Virus record (IMG/VR): IMGVR_UViG_3300029951_000448
Length of the DNA stretch: 64,000 nucleotides
Origin: an uncultured virus (IMG/VR IMGVR_UViG_3300029951_000448)
Lineage: Duplodnaviria; Heunggongvirae; Uroviricota; Caudoviricetes
Strand: one strand, 5' to 3'
Below the pieces are notes generated by a model, which made no database searches, was not told where the DNA came from, and saw only the letters and a program-made list of their open reading frames with translations. The translations under genes and the position numbers were made by a program. The first letter of the stretch is position 1. Each line of letters starts with the position of its first letter. This document shows, piece by piece, positions 1-9,199 of the stretch.

Positions 1-403
1 CAATCTGGCTCGATGTCTGGTTCGGCCACTTCTGCGTCGTCTTCGTATCGATGAAGACACGCGTCAGATCCCGTCCATCCACCTCAATCACGTTTGTAAT
101 TGGGTTGACATCGATGTTGTCGACCTGGCCGTATATCCAACTTTGCAGGTCCGAGGCTGAGTAAGCATTCGGGTTCTGTGGGAAACCAATGAACAGCTCG
201 ATAAACATGTCCTGCTGGTTCGAAAACCAGATGGCATTGCGGTCTGTCGGCAGAAGTGCGCCGGCAAACTTGCAGCGGAACGTGTCGGCGCTGAAGAAGG
301 AGGTATTGGTCAGATCGAAATCCACCCAACCAGTAATCAGTTCGCCATTCAATTTGACTGCGCCCCGCGGCTGACGGCCAACCGGTGCGAGGAAAGCCGT
401 CAT
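1..403 (-). CDS. Baseplate hub / late control D-like protein (C-terminus runs off the window)
   Basis: Translated by hand from ATG at 403, which overlaps the upstream TGA: MTAFLAPVGRQPRGAVKLNGELITGWVDFDL...IEVDGRDLTRVFIDTK, open to position 1. GRD motif and position after the LysM tail gene fit Mu gp44/P2 gpD-like hubs. Confidence 0.75.
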   Translation of the reverse strand, partial: MTAFLAPVGRQPRGAVKLNGELITGWVDFDLTNTSFFSADTFRCKFAGALLPTDRNAIWFSNQQDMFIELFIGFPQNPNAYSASDLQSWIYGQVDNIDVNPITNVIEVDGRDLTRVFIDTKTTQKWPNQTSSQI

Positions 404-1368
404 GAGGAAAGGACGCCGCCAGAAGTGCCGTTGTTATACGGCGGGATGATCAGGGTGTTGACGCCGGTCAGCGTCGGATCACTGAGGTTGTTGGCCTGCG
501 CAATCTGCGTCCACGCGCTAGGGTCGCCATACTCTTTCGAGGCGATATCGAACAGGTTTCCGCCGCCGACCGTGATTACTCGGCCACTCGAATTGATCTG
601 ACCGAGGTTCGTCTGCATCCGGCCCAGGAGGGCGCCAATCTGCGTGTACTGGACCTGCAATGTGGTCGCGTTAAGAATCGATGTGAACACGCCCACGTTT
701 TGCAGGACCGGCACGGATGGGAGAACGCCGGCCGGAACACCGACGCTCGCCAGAATGTTGTCGACAGAGCCAATCTGCGACTCAACGTACGAGACCGCCT
801 GATGGATCGGACCCAATACCGAGGCAACCGTACTCAACGAGGCACCCACGAACGTTTTCACGATCGAGACTGCCGATGAAACCGTGCTCATCAGGCCGGA
901 AAGCGTACTGTCTCCGGTTGCTGATGTGAGGGTATTGGCCGAGTCCAGATCGCCATTGATCAGGTCGTCAGCGTCAGGACCGGCATCGGCATAGACCGGC
1001 GCCGTCAGATCCTGAAGCACCTCGCAGACGATCTTGTACGGAATGCGGGCAAAGCGGTAATCCGGCTCGAACGACCTGATGTAGACCATCAGATACAGTT
1101 CATCCCACGACAGCGCGACCGGTTGCGCCGCGTCCTTCATTTGCGAGAGCGTCAGCGCGCGGTCGAGCGCCGACTGACCGTCCTGCGTTGGGAAAAAGTA
1201 ACCGGACCACTCCAGCGGGCGCGGATCGCTGCCCATCGCATCGATGACACGTACACCGCCAACCAGTTTCTTGATCGAAAGTCGCTGATCCCCGCCAAAC
1301 CCGATGACTTCCGGTATCTCGATATCCTGAAACGTGAAGTCTCCAAGGACGAGGGTGATGTCGCTCAT
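400..1368 (-). CDS. Tail tube initiator / baseplate protein with C-terminal LysM domain
   Basis: C-terminal GGNLFDIASKEYGDPSAWTQIAQANNLSDP..LIIP is a tail LysM signature; follows the tape measure gene. Confidence 0.8.
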   Translation of the reverse strand: MSDITLVLGDFTFQDIEIPEVIGFGGDQRLSIKKLVGGVRVIDAMGSDPRPLEWSGYFFPTQDGQSALDRALTLSQMKDAAQPVALSWDELYLMVYIRSFEPDYRFARIPYKIVCEVLQDLTAPVYADAGPDADDLINGDLDSANTLTSATGDSTLSGLMSTVSSAVSIVKTFVGASLSTVASVLGPIHQAVSYVESQIGSVDNILASVGVPAGVLPSVPVLQNVGVFTSILNATTLQVQYTQIGALLGRMQTNLGQINSSGRVITVGGGNLFDIASKEYGDPSAWTQIAQANNLSDPTLTGVNTLIIPPYNNGTSGGVLSS

Positions 1369-3272
1369 TTCAGGGCCGGCATGGGGAGTGAAACGTTGTT
1401 GTCGACGCCGCCGATGTACATACCGGAGCCGAGCGGGCCGGCGAAGTATGGCGAAACGGCGGTGGCGATCTTCCTGCCATCAAGATTGATCGTGGTATGG
1501 ACTGGGCCACTTGCGCCACCCGAACCGCCAGCGACAGACGTGCTCGCATGCCCTTTGTCACCACCACCAAACATCGAACTGATCGCGCGGTACGGCCAAG
1601 CGAACGCATGGAGCACGCTGCTTGTGGCATTCGATGCGGTCTGAACCGGAGCGGTATTGGATGCTGCTGCGATCGTGCGCAGGATGTCTGCGCCTTCCTT
1701 CAGCATGTTCGTGATCGCCGGCAACATGGTCTTGCCGAACTGGTTCTTGAAGTCCGTCCACGCCGCGGTAAAGTCGTCTTCTGCACCACCGGCAGAACCT
1801 TTGTACATGTTCGTGACCTGATCGGCGCCCATCGCTCCCTTGGCGAGCTTGTAGTCCCGCACCAACTGGAATTGCTGGGTCGTCATGATCGACGCCTGAT
1901 TCGACGCATTGCGGTTCGACAGCACGTCATTGACGGCCTTCAGGATTGCAGCCTGCGAGGTAATGCCTTTCTTCGCCAGCGCGGGCAGCAGGACGTCATT
2001 CATCCACCGTGCGGGGTCGGACTGGAGCAGGGCGCTATCCTTGATGTCACTCATAATCAGCGACTTCATCGGCTTGCCATTGATCTCGCCATGCGTCTGC
2101 ATCTGCAAGGTCGCCAGGCCAAGGTCTTGCAGCAGGCCCATGGTCTTCTTCGGCGTACGGCCGGCGACCAGGTTCTGGTAGATGCTCATCATGGCGACGG
2201 CGGCTTTCGATCCCCCCTGCTCGATCATCAGGCCTTCCATGTGCTGGAGGCCTTCATCAGACAAACTGCGGAAAGCTGTACCGCCCTGCTGCGAGAAGTT
2301 GCCGAGGTCCTGAAACTTCAGGAAACCGCCCGAACCGGTGACGAGCTTTTCGGCGAGGTCCAGATTGCGGGCAAATGACGCATCGTCTTTCGTCCCACCG
2401 CGCCGGTCGATGAACTTCATCAGGCTTTTCAGGCCTTCGTCATCCAGTTCACCGACCTTGCTGCCGTAAATCGCAGCATTTGCCTTGCCGAGCGTCACTA
2501 CCTGAGGTGTAAAACGCTTCACCTCGTCAAACGAATTGAAGAGGCCGGCCGATTCGGCCATTGCGCTCATCAGTTCGGTCTGCGATACGCCGTATGCCTG
2601 GGTCGCCCTGGCAAATTTATCGGCTTCTTCGTTGACCGCATCACCAAGACCCAGCGCCTTGAAGCGCATTGTGGCGTCCTGATAGTCCTTGGCGCCTTCG
2701 TAGAACTTATGCCCGACATACCCGGCCACCATCGCGGCGCCCAGCGGGATAAGTGCGTCATCCATCAGGCCGACACCGATACCGCCAATGCCTACGCCAT
2801 GGTTGCCCATGTGCAGGTTGCCACCGTGGATTCGTCCACCGCCGTGACGACCGCCGCTCCCGCCGGCACCAGGAATGAGAGGTGGAACACCATTCCCGCC
2901 ACCGCCCGGAACGCGACCGAGTGCGCGCATTCCAAGCAATTTCTTTTCGAGCAGATCCGCTTCAAGATTGGCGCGGTTCAGTTCCCGTTCAAGCCCAATG
3001 CCTGCGGTCGGGATAGCACCATTGATGCCACGAAGCCGCTTTTCTGCGACGATTGCCTGATCACCGACACCCTTCAGGCCCGCATCGAGCTTGGCAGAGG
3101 CCACAATCAGGCCTTTGATGCCAGCGACTTCGGTGCCCATCGCCTTCAGTTGACGGGTGACGCCCGCAGCGAGTACGTCAACCCTTTCAAACTGTTCCGA
3201 CAACTTGAGCAGTTGCGGCGTTACCAGGTCATTGAGCTTGAGCGTGGCGCCGATCGCATAGACGTCAATCAT
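1365..3272 (-). CDS. Tail tape measure protein
   Basis: 635 aa, Ala/Gly-rich helical; C-terminal INLDGRKIA motif; downstream of sheath, tube and chaperone. Confidence 0.85.
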   Translation of the reverse strand: MIDVYAIGATLKLNDLVTPQLLKLSEQFERVDVLAAGVTRQLKAMGTEVAGIKGLIVASAKLDAGLKGVGDQAIVAEKRLRGINGAIPTAGIGLERELNRANLEADLLEKKLLGMRALGRVPGGGGNGVPPLIPGAGGSGGRHGGGRIHGGNLHMGNHGVGIGGIGVGLMDDALIPLGAAMVAGYVGHKFYEGAKDYQDATMRFKALGLGDAVNEEADKFARATQAYGVSQTELMSAMAESAGLFNSFDEVKRFTPQVVTLGKANAAIYGSKVGELDDEGLKSLMKFIDRRGGTKDDASFARNLDLAEKLVTGSGGFLKFQDLGNFSQQGGTAFRSLSDEGLQHMEGLMIEQGGSKAAVAMMSIYQNLVAGRTPKKTMGLLQDLGLATLQMQTHGEINGKPMKSLIMSDIKDSALLQSDPARWMNDVLLPALAKKGITSQAAILKAVNDVLSNRNASNQASIMTTQQFQLVRDYKLAKGAMGADQVTNMYKGSAGGAEDDFTAAWTDFKNQFGKTMLPAITNMLKEGADILRTIAAASNTAPVQTASNATSSVLHAFAWPYRAISSMFGGGDKGHASTSVAGGSGGASGPVHTTINLDGRKIATAVSPYFAGPLGSGMYIGGVDNNVSLPMPALK

Positions 3273-3309
3273 TTTTGGATTACACTCAAGTACTTAGCAC
3301 GGAGGAACG

Positions 3310-3525
3310 ATGGAAATCGCCGAATTCTTTGATCAAATGGAGCGCCAATATCGCAATCCCCCTTGGGATTGGCCTCGATCAATGGCCGAAGATCAACTCG
3401 ATTTTTGGCAACGGGCATTCCCGCAGTGCGAGTTGGAAAGCGGCGCATATATCGGGGAGCAAATCATTCTTCGAGTAAAGGGCGGCGCCAATGTGATCAC
3501 CCTCTCGAACCTGGAACTGGCATGA
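3310..3525 (+). CDS. Hypothetical protein (moron, antisense to tail operon)
   Basis: GGAGG RBS before ATG; fills the gap between tail genes. Confidence 0.55.
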   Translation: MEIAEFFDQMERQYRNPPWDWPRSMAEDQLDFWQRAFPQCELESGAYIGEQIILRVKGGANVITLSNLELA

Positions 3526-3773
3526 GGTTCATCTACCGCACGCACGAATGGCTGGCTGACCGGATTTCCTGGGTGCAATACCCGAAACCGCGCGTCAGGA
3601 ACCACAACGGCTATGCGACTGGCTGGAAACTTAGATGGCAGATGCGCAAGCCCATGAACCGGCTGTTTGCGCTGTTTCTGCCTACGATGATGCTGTTCGT
3701 GCCGTATGTCGGCGTGTATCTGGCAATTCTCAGCGTGATTTTTCTGTTTGCTTATTTCAATCGCCGCTGGTAA
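3522..3773 (+). CDS. Small membrane protein (moron)
   Basis: ATGA overlap with the previous gene; long C-terminal hydrophobic stretch LFALFLPTMMLFVPYVGVYLAILSVIFLFAYF. Confidence 0.6.
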   Translation: MRFIYRTHEWLADRISWVQYPKPRVRNHNGYATGWKLRWQMRKPMNRLFALFLPTMMLFVPYVGVYLAILSVIFLFAYFNRRW

Positions 3774-4239
3774 TCCGTGGTCTGCGCCATCCCATGCCGG
3801 CGAGCCACGCAAACATCGTCTTGCCGATGATCATTCCGACACGCTCACGGCTATGGATTGCTGCAGGGCCGATGATCGGGCGAGGCGGTTGATTCGGCGT
3901 ACCGAGGTCGAACCACACCAGATGCGGATCGTCTGAACCAACCGCTGCCTCGTTCTTCTCTACCGTCCGCTGGACCGACTTCTGCATCTCGCCCGTGCGG
4001 TAACCTGGGTCGTTTTCCGAGTAACCAAGGCGCGCGCGCTCCTGTTTCGTCCGGTCGGCGAGTTCTTCCCACGCCGGATAGGGACCAATCTCGGGCTGGT
4101 ACTCGCCGATGATCCCTTGCGCCGTCTTCTGGATCTCTTCAGCCGACTTGTCGACGATGTGATGCGTGACTTCCGGGCCTGAGACCGCAAGTCGCTCAAG
4201 ATGCGCCGCAAACGCTGCGAAACTCTTGAACTCGGTCAT
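3757..4239 (-). CDS. HK97 gp10-like / virion morphogenesis (neck-tail completion) protein
   Basis: RTGEMQKSV...VGSDD..LVWFDLGT..QPPRPIIGPA resembles the RTG.L..S / E.GT...PPRP family signature. Confidence 0.75.
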   Translation of the reverse strand: MTEFKSFAAFAAHLERLAVSGPEVTHHIVDKSAEEIQKTAQGIIGEYQPEIGPYPAWEELADRTKQERARLGYSENDPGYRTGEMQKSVQRTVEKNEAAVGSDDPHLVWFDLGTPNQPPRPIIGPAAIHSRERVGMIIGKTMFAWLAGMGWRRPRITSGD

Positions 4240-4418
4240 TTTTTGGCCTCGAAAGTGCGCGAAATGAAGCTGTACTGCTTGCCGCTTTCCAGTTCGGAAA
4301 ACATGATCGACCAGGCCGTGCGCTTTATCTCATCCAGCGCAAACGCCACATCAAACGGAACGCCGTTCTTGACTAGCCACAGGCATTGCCGGATCGGTGT
4401 GGCGTCGACTATTTTTTT
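4236..4418 (-). CDS. -1 frameshift extension of tail assembly chaperone (gpT-like)
   Basis: Slippery A AAA AAA immediately before the chaperone TAG; the -1 frame is open for IVDATPIRQCLWLVKNGVPFDVAFALDEIKRTAWSIMFSELESGKQYSFISRTFEAKK and its stop overlaps the next ATG. Confidence 0.8.
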   Translation of the reverse strand, partial: KKIVDATPIRQCLWLVKNGVPFDVAFALDEIKRTAWSIMFSELESGKQYSFISRTFEAKK

Positions 4419-4789
4419 ACGGCTTCGTCTTCCTCGTCATCTTCTTCAGGGTTTGGAAAGTGCTCCCTGATGCCCTGCTTGATGGCAACAAACCCTTCCT
4501 CGCCAAGACGGGAAATCAGCGCGCGCATCTGGGCACGATTGCTCGGCGGCGGCGCCACTTCGCCATTGATCGAAACCACGTAGATCGCGGGGATGCACAT
4601 GATCCGGTAGACATCGTTCTTTGCCAGATCGCCCAATGCCTCGATCAGGTCGAACTGGGCGAGTACCCCAGGTTTCTTGAGGGCAATCACGCGCCCCAGC
4701 GAATCAGTGACCGAGAATTCCTCGTTCGCCGCCCGTACAATCTGTTCGCTGGGCGTTGCGGTATGGGGTTTGATGGTGACTTTGGTCAT
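4409..4789 (-). CDS. Tail assembly chaperone (gpG-like)
   Basis: Directly downstream of the tube gene; ends acidic-VKK at the slippery site. Confidence 0.8.
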   Translation of the reverse strand: MTKVTIKPHTATPSEQIVRAANEEFSVTDSLGRVIALKKPGVLAQFDLIEALGDLAKNDVYRIMCIPAIYVVSINGEVAPPPSNRAQMRALISRLGEEGFVAIKQGIREHFPNPEEDDEEDEAVKK

Positions 4790-4792
4790 CGA

Positions 4793-5239
4793 TTACACCC
4801 CGACGCTCAACGGAATCTTCTTCGACGCCACCCAGCCCACTTTCGGATTCACCTTGTCGAGACCCTTCCACGAACCGGCATCCGTCAGGTCGAGCTGCAC
4901 GCCGATGTACTGGAACTGCGTCACCGAACCATCGAGTTCGTTGATGGTCTGCGTGATGACGGCAACCGGAGGCGGCAACTGGGCGTAGAAGTTCGCTTCG
5001 TACTGGGCAAACGCGGCTTCGACGCTCGAATCCTGCCGGTCGAACTCAAACGTGCCTTCGTGGCCGTTCGGGACATTGCGGAAAACCGTGGTGCCGGTGA
5101 TGTTCTCGGACTCGAGCTTTTTCGTGCGTGCGCGCGAATCGAACGAGATCATGCCGTTAAACGTGAGTTGGCCGAGAATCGAATCGAAGATCGTAATCTG
5201 CGACCCGTCGCGGCCAATATTGAAACTATTGACGCCCAT
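4793..5239 (-). CDS. Tail tube protein
   Basis: 148 aa beta-rich ORF directly after the sheath; GGAG RBS. Confidence 0.8.
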   Translation of the reverse strand: MGVNSFNIGRDGSQITIFDSILGQLTFNGMISFDSRARTKKLESENITGTTVFRNVPNGHEGTFEFDRQDSSVEAAFAQYEANFYAQLPPPVAVITQTINELDGSVTQFQYIGVQLDLTDAGSWKGLDKVNPKVGWVASKKIPLSVGV

Positions 5240-5252
5240 TTGGCGCTCCTGG

Positions 5253-5277
5253 AAAGAGAAAAGCCCCTTGCGGGGCT
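5253..5277 (-). terminator. Rho-independent terminator between sheath and tube
   Basis: Minus strand AGCCCC-GCAA-GGGGCT followed by TTTCTCTTT. Confidence 0.65.
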
Positions 5278-5284
5278 GGACGGG

Positions 5285-7276
5285 TTACGCGGGATTGACG
5301 GTCACTTGGACAGTGCCGCCGCCTTGCAGGGAGATCACGAACACTCGGACGATCGACTCGTAGATGACCTTCACCAGTGTCTGCATCAGGCCAGTGGCGA
5401 CCTGTGACGTCGGGTTATTCGCCGCGTTGGTCTGCACCGAGAACGGCACGGTGCCAGGGTTGTTGACGTCACCGATGTACTCCAGGTTTTGCCAGAGGTT
5501 CATTTCGAAGCCAGTGATGGCATCGTTCACGGATTGACGCAGATCGGTCGTCTGCGGATTGCCCACCACCCAGCCGAAGTTCGACGCCAGCGACAGTGCC
5601 TGGAAGTTCGTCATCGCCGTGTAGCCCTCGGAATTCGTCGCGGCGAACGTCGAGCAGTTCATGTCCGTCTGGAAGGCGAAGTAGTTTCCGCCCGGCGCCG
5701 GATTGGCGAGGTAGTCCACGCGGCCCTGTACAGCAGCGAGCGCTTCCGAATCCGCGTACAGCAGGTTCTGCGCCGAGCGCTGCGTGCCGATCAGCCCGTT
5801 GACAGGCTTGTTGAGCGTCGACTGGTTCGGCGCCATGTTCGCGCGCATCGGTGCCCAGAATGTCGCGGGACCAACGAGGCGCTGCACGTTGTTGACCGTG
5901 TCCTGCCAGTACACCCAGTCGCCGACCAGACACTTGAAGCTGTAGTTGTCGACCCCGGCCGAGGCGAGCAGGGACGCAGTGTTCGCGACGTTGGTGCCGG
6001 CTGGTGCTTGCCCGGCGCCGAAGATGCCGTACAGTTCAGCGAAAGCGCCGACGGTGTTCCACTGCGTGGACGTCGAATGGTCGACCAGGTTCATGGTCAG
6101 CACGTTCGCGTTTTGCAGCGCGTACATGCCGGTGGGCGGCGTGGAGTTCGTGCCCACCAACGTGGCATCGGTCACGCCGGCCGCGCCGTCCGTGCCACCC
6201 GAGAAGGTGTATGTCGCGAGTGCTGGCGCAGCCGCCGAGGTGCCGATCGTGGCAATGACGAGTTGCGACGGACCACGAACGCCGGACTGGCCGTTGTTGA
6301 TCGCCCCGACGAGATTGGTCCAGCAACCCGTGCCGAAGGTGTACGAACCCGCTGTGCCCGCGCCGCCGCCCGTGAGGGCGCCAGTAGCCGACGTGTAGCC
6401 CGTGCCCGGCACGAGGATATTGGGCGCACCCAGACCCCATACGAGGTTGATGATTGCACCAGTACCGACTCCGGACGTCTGGATCTGCGTGTTGCCGGAT
6501 ACCGGTGCCGCGCCGCCGCCGAGCGAACCCGCATTCGTGACGGTCAGCGCGGTGATGACACCGGCTGTGGCCGTCACCGTCAGAACCACGCCATTCGCTA
6601 GCGTGATGGTGTCGCCGGTCACATAACCAGTGCCACCGCTACCGCCGCTGCCCGTGATGTTGGCGGACAGCGCTTTGAGAGTCGCTTGCGCGATCGCCTG
6701 GAGACCGCCTGCAGTCTGCGGGGCACTCATTGCCAGCGCGGGGACGGACGTATAGCCAGTGCCCGGCGTCGTGGTGCCGGGAATCACACCCACGCCAAGG
6801 TTGTCGTAGATCTCCGACAACTGGCCGGGCAGCGCGACCGTGCACTTGAACGTGGCCGGCTTCGTGCCGTTCGACATCGTGGCCTGAAGCGTGTTGCCGA
6901 CGACACCGGTATAGAAACCGGTGAGCGTCGCGCCGGTAGTCGCCGCGCCATCCTTGATTGCGGACGTGGCAGCGGTATCCGTACCATCCGTCACACGCAC
7001 TGCGACGTTATTCGTCTGCCCCATGCCGAAATAAATCGCCATGGCGGTCGCGAGATCGTGCGAACGCACGGTCACCGGGCCAAGCGAAAGGCTGGCGATC
7101 TGCGGCGAACCTACGCCGTAGGCGGAGTTCACCGGACCCCATGAAGCGACGCCAACACTCCCTAGCCCATTGGTCGCAATACCCTGCACGACAGGCGGAG
7201 GTGCGACCACCTGAACATATGCCCCGGGCGGCAGTTGCCCGGCGAGATTCAACTGCCCAGCCTGGTAAGTCGGCAT
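5285..7276 (-). CDS. Contractile tail sheath protein
   Basis: N-terminal PGAYVQ..GVASWGPVN, an FSGGTDG motif and sheath-like C-terminus; 663 aa. Confidence 0.9.
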   Translation of the reverse strand: MPTYQAGQLNLAGQLPPGAYVQVVAPPPVVQGIATNGLGSVGVASWGPVNSAYGVGSPQIASLSLGPVTVRSHDLATAMAIYFGMGQTNNVAVRVTDGTDTAATSAIKDGAATTGATLTGFYTGVVGNTLQATMSNGTKPATFKCTVALPGQLSEIYDNLGVGVIPGTTTPGTGYTSVPALAMSAPQTAGGLQAIAQATLKALSANITGSGGSGGTGYVTGDTITLANGVVLTVTATAGVITALTVTNAGSLGGGAAPVSGNTQIQTSGVGTGAIINLVWGLGAPNILVPGTGYTSATGALTGGGAGTAGSYTFGTGCWTNLVGAINNGQSGVRGPSQLVIATIGTSAAAPALATYTFSGGTDGAAGVTDATLVGTNSTPPTGMYALQNANVLTMNLVDHSTSTQWNTVGAFAELYGIFGAGQAPAGTNVANTASLLASAGVDNYSFKCLVGDWVYWQDTVNNVQRLVGPATFWAPMRANMAPNQSTLNKPVNGLIGTQRSAQNLLYADSEALAAVQGRVDYLANPAPGGNYFAFQTDMNCSTFAATNSEGYTAMTNFQALSLASNFGWVVGNPQTTDLRQSVNDAITGFEMNLWQNLEYIGDVNNPGTVPFSVQTNAANNPTSQVATGLMQTLVKVIYESIVRVFVISLQGGGTVQVTVNPA

Positions 7277-7296
7277 TTAGCGTGCTCCATAAATGC

Positions 7297-7318
7297 AAAA
7301 AGCCGCCAAGAGGCGGCT
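7297..7318 (-). terminator. Rho-independent terminator upstream of sheath
   Basis: Minus strand AGCCGCC-TCTT-GGCGGC-TTTTT. Confidence 0.7.
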
Positions 7319-7340
7319 CTGCGAATGCGAAAAGGGGGAA

Positions 7341-7514
7341 TTACTGCGGGGCGATCTTGCGGCAGTGATGATCGAGATGGTGAGATTGCATCTCAGCGAT
7401 CACATCAGCATCCGTGATCTTTTCGCCCTTCTTGCGGCCATCGAATGCATGGATCACGACCAGATGAAAGTCGGCCTTCGCTTTCGGGGCCGTCACAACA
7501 GTTTCTTCAGCCAT
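7341..7514 (-). CDS. Small hypothetical protein (MAEETVVTAPK...)
   Basis: GGAG RBS; fills the gap before the sheath gene. Confidence 0.6.
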   Translation of the reverse strand: MAEETVVTAPKAKADFHLVVIHAFDGRKKGEKITDADVIAEMQSHHLDHHCRKIAPQ

Positions 7515-7525
7515 GTCGGCTCCAG

Positions 7526-8368
7526 TTAGTAAGTTCGGGTAATGATCGGGACGCCTGTTTGCGTCTCGAAGGTGATTTGCGTGGCAACCACGGTTGCGAG
7601 GGTCTGGCTGACCGTAGTGGCGTATTCGACCTCGTAAAACAGGTCGCGCCGGTAGGTTTTGGCCTTCTCCAGCAGGTCGGATATCGTCCCGGCGGCAGAC
7701 AGGACGCGTGCGCCGAAGCCATCGGGCATCGTCAGGAAGGCAATCTGCGCCAGCGAACTCTTGATTGCCGTGGATACCTGATTGCGGGATGTCGGATCGG
7801 GCGCCCAGACGGTGATCTGGATACGCTGCTGCTGACGCTCCCATTCGGTCGTCACAAGGCCAGTCGTCCCTACACGCGCCACGATCGGAACCGTGTTCGT
7901 CGGCAACGTGATAACCGCACCGCTCGATGTCGTCCCGGGAAACTGCGCGGCAACCAGCGCAGCGAGTCCCGTTGCGATCGACGTCAGCGTATCGGTTGAC
8001 TGCACCGAGTAGATGAACGGCTGTTTGTCGACCAGTAACGCAAGGTTGTGCACAGTGAAAGGCGACGGCATCGCGCCGCCGACCGTCACCACGTTTGCAG
8101 CCGCCGTCAGCGTGAGCGTCGGCGTCTGAATCGACATGACGTTCTGCTTCGGGCGATAGCGCGTCACGTTGCGTTCAGTGCCAGCGGGGAAAATGCTGAC
8201 GTTGGTCAGGTCGTTCTGAAGGTCCGCATCGAGCGATGATGAAGTCGGCCAGCCAGGATAGACCTTGATCGTCTTGCCGGTGACGGAGGTTTGGCCGGTA
8301 CCGTTTGGGTATACGTAACCCGTGATCTGGGCGGCCATGGTGTTCATGACATCGGAAATGTCAGCCAT
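7526..8368 (-). CDS. Tail terminator / neck protein
   Basis: Start MADISDVMN; synteny between head-closure and sheath genes; IKVYPGWP and QITVWAP strands. Confidence 0.65.
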   Translation of the reverse strand: MADISDVMNTMAAQITGYVYPNGTGQTSVTGKTIKVYPGWPTSSSLDADLQNDLTNVSIFPAGTERNVTRYRPKQNVMSIQTPTLTLTAAANVVTVGGAMPSPFTVHNLALLVDKQPFIYSVQSTDTLTSIATGLAALVAAQFPGTTSSGAVITLPTNTVPIVARVGTTGLVTTEWERQQQRIQITVWAPDPTSRNQVSTAIKSSLAQIAFLTMPDGFGARVLSAAGTISDLLEKAKTYRRDLFYEVEYATTVSQTLATVVATQITFETQTGVPIITRTY

Positions 8369-8555
8369 TTGGCGCATCTCCCGACACATCGACCTCCACA
8401 TCCGAAAACGTCAGCGTGGCTTGGGCGACCTTGCCGCCCTCAATGGACCATTCGACCTTCGTGATGCAGCCTTTGATCTCGCTGCCCTCCGCGTCGAATA
8501 CCTTGGTGCCGAAAGGAGTGCCGTCACTGACAATGCGGATTTGATGATTTTTCAC
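8361..8555 (-). CDS. Hypothetical protein
   Basis: GTG start overlapping the upstream TGA; coupled to the next gene. Confidence 0.55.
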   Translation of the reverse strand: MKNHQIRIVSDGTPFGTKVFDAEGSEIKGCITKVEWSIEGGKVAQATLTFSDVEVDVSGDAPNG

Positions 8556-9199
8556 GTCTGCGCCTGTATGGCCGTGCATCGCCACCCGAGATCCGTCAAT
8601 TCAGCACTCGAGATGATGTAGCGACGGTCAATATCGTCGGTGATGATGTCGGCAGTCAGAAGTGTGACGCCGGGATAAGCGGGGAACAGGATCGCCCACC
8701 AGGGCAAGCGGACGTCACCAGGTAGAACTGCGCCATCCTTCTCGCCCTTCGTGCCCTGAAGCACAGAAGCAGGCCAAGCCGTCATCAGTTCGGTCTGGTT
8801 CGAGTCGATCGTGCCACCGTACGGATTCTCGCCGGCTGCAGTCTGCTGCTGCGGGCGGAAAATGTTCAGTGTGCGGTTGCAATCCACTGCGAGGATCGGC
8901 AGCGTCGTCTGCATGGCAGCGATGAAATACGTCTTGTCATTGCTGACGAGGTAGTCGCCTACCTGCGTAACCGTTCCATCCAGCAATGCGTACCAGAGCG
9001 GCTTACCATACACATTCGGCTTGCCATACTTCATGTCCATCGCGTTGAAGCTGGCGTTTAGCGTGCCGAGCAGCGTTGTTGGCGCGATGGGATTGGCGGC
9101 CGATGTTGGGCGATAGAGGCTGTAGCAGGGGCCGATGTGCGTTGCGGCGGTGCCGTAGCCCTTATAAATGAGCTGCTGAAGTCGTCCTGCGTCCATCAC
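8552..9199 (-). CDS. Head closure / head-tail joining protein
   Basis: Synteny; VGDYLV..KTYFI and ADIITDD..RRYII beta-barrel-like repeats typical of stopper proteins. Confidence 0.6.
   Translation of the reverse strand: MMDAGRLQQLIYKGYGTAATHIGPCYSLYRPTSAANPIAPTTLLGTLNASFNAMDMKYGKPNVYGKPLWYALLDGTVTQVGDYLVSNDKTYFIAAMQTTLPILAVDCNRTLNIFRPQQQTAAGENPYGGTIDSNQTELMTAWPASVLQGTKGEKDGAVLPGDVRLPWWAILFPAYPGVTLLTADIITDDIDRRYIISSAELTDLGWRCTAIQAQT

Noticed and set aside
84..329. 81-aa ORF from the track as the real gene
   Set aside because: A different frame starting at 403 is open to the window edge and encodes a hub-like protein.
4397..6601. Long plus-strand ORFs (4397-5407, 5489-6601) and similar antisense ORFs (10413-11390, 18411-19364, 28535-29542, 42876-43865, 51988-53022)
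   Set aside because: They are shadow frames of strongly codon-biased GC-rich genes, with no recognisable motifs.
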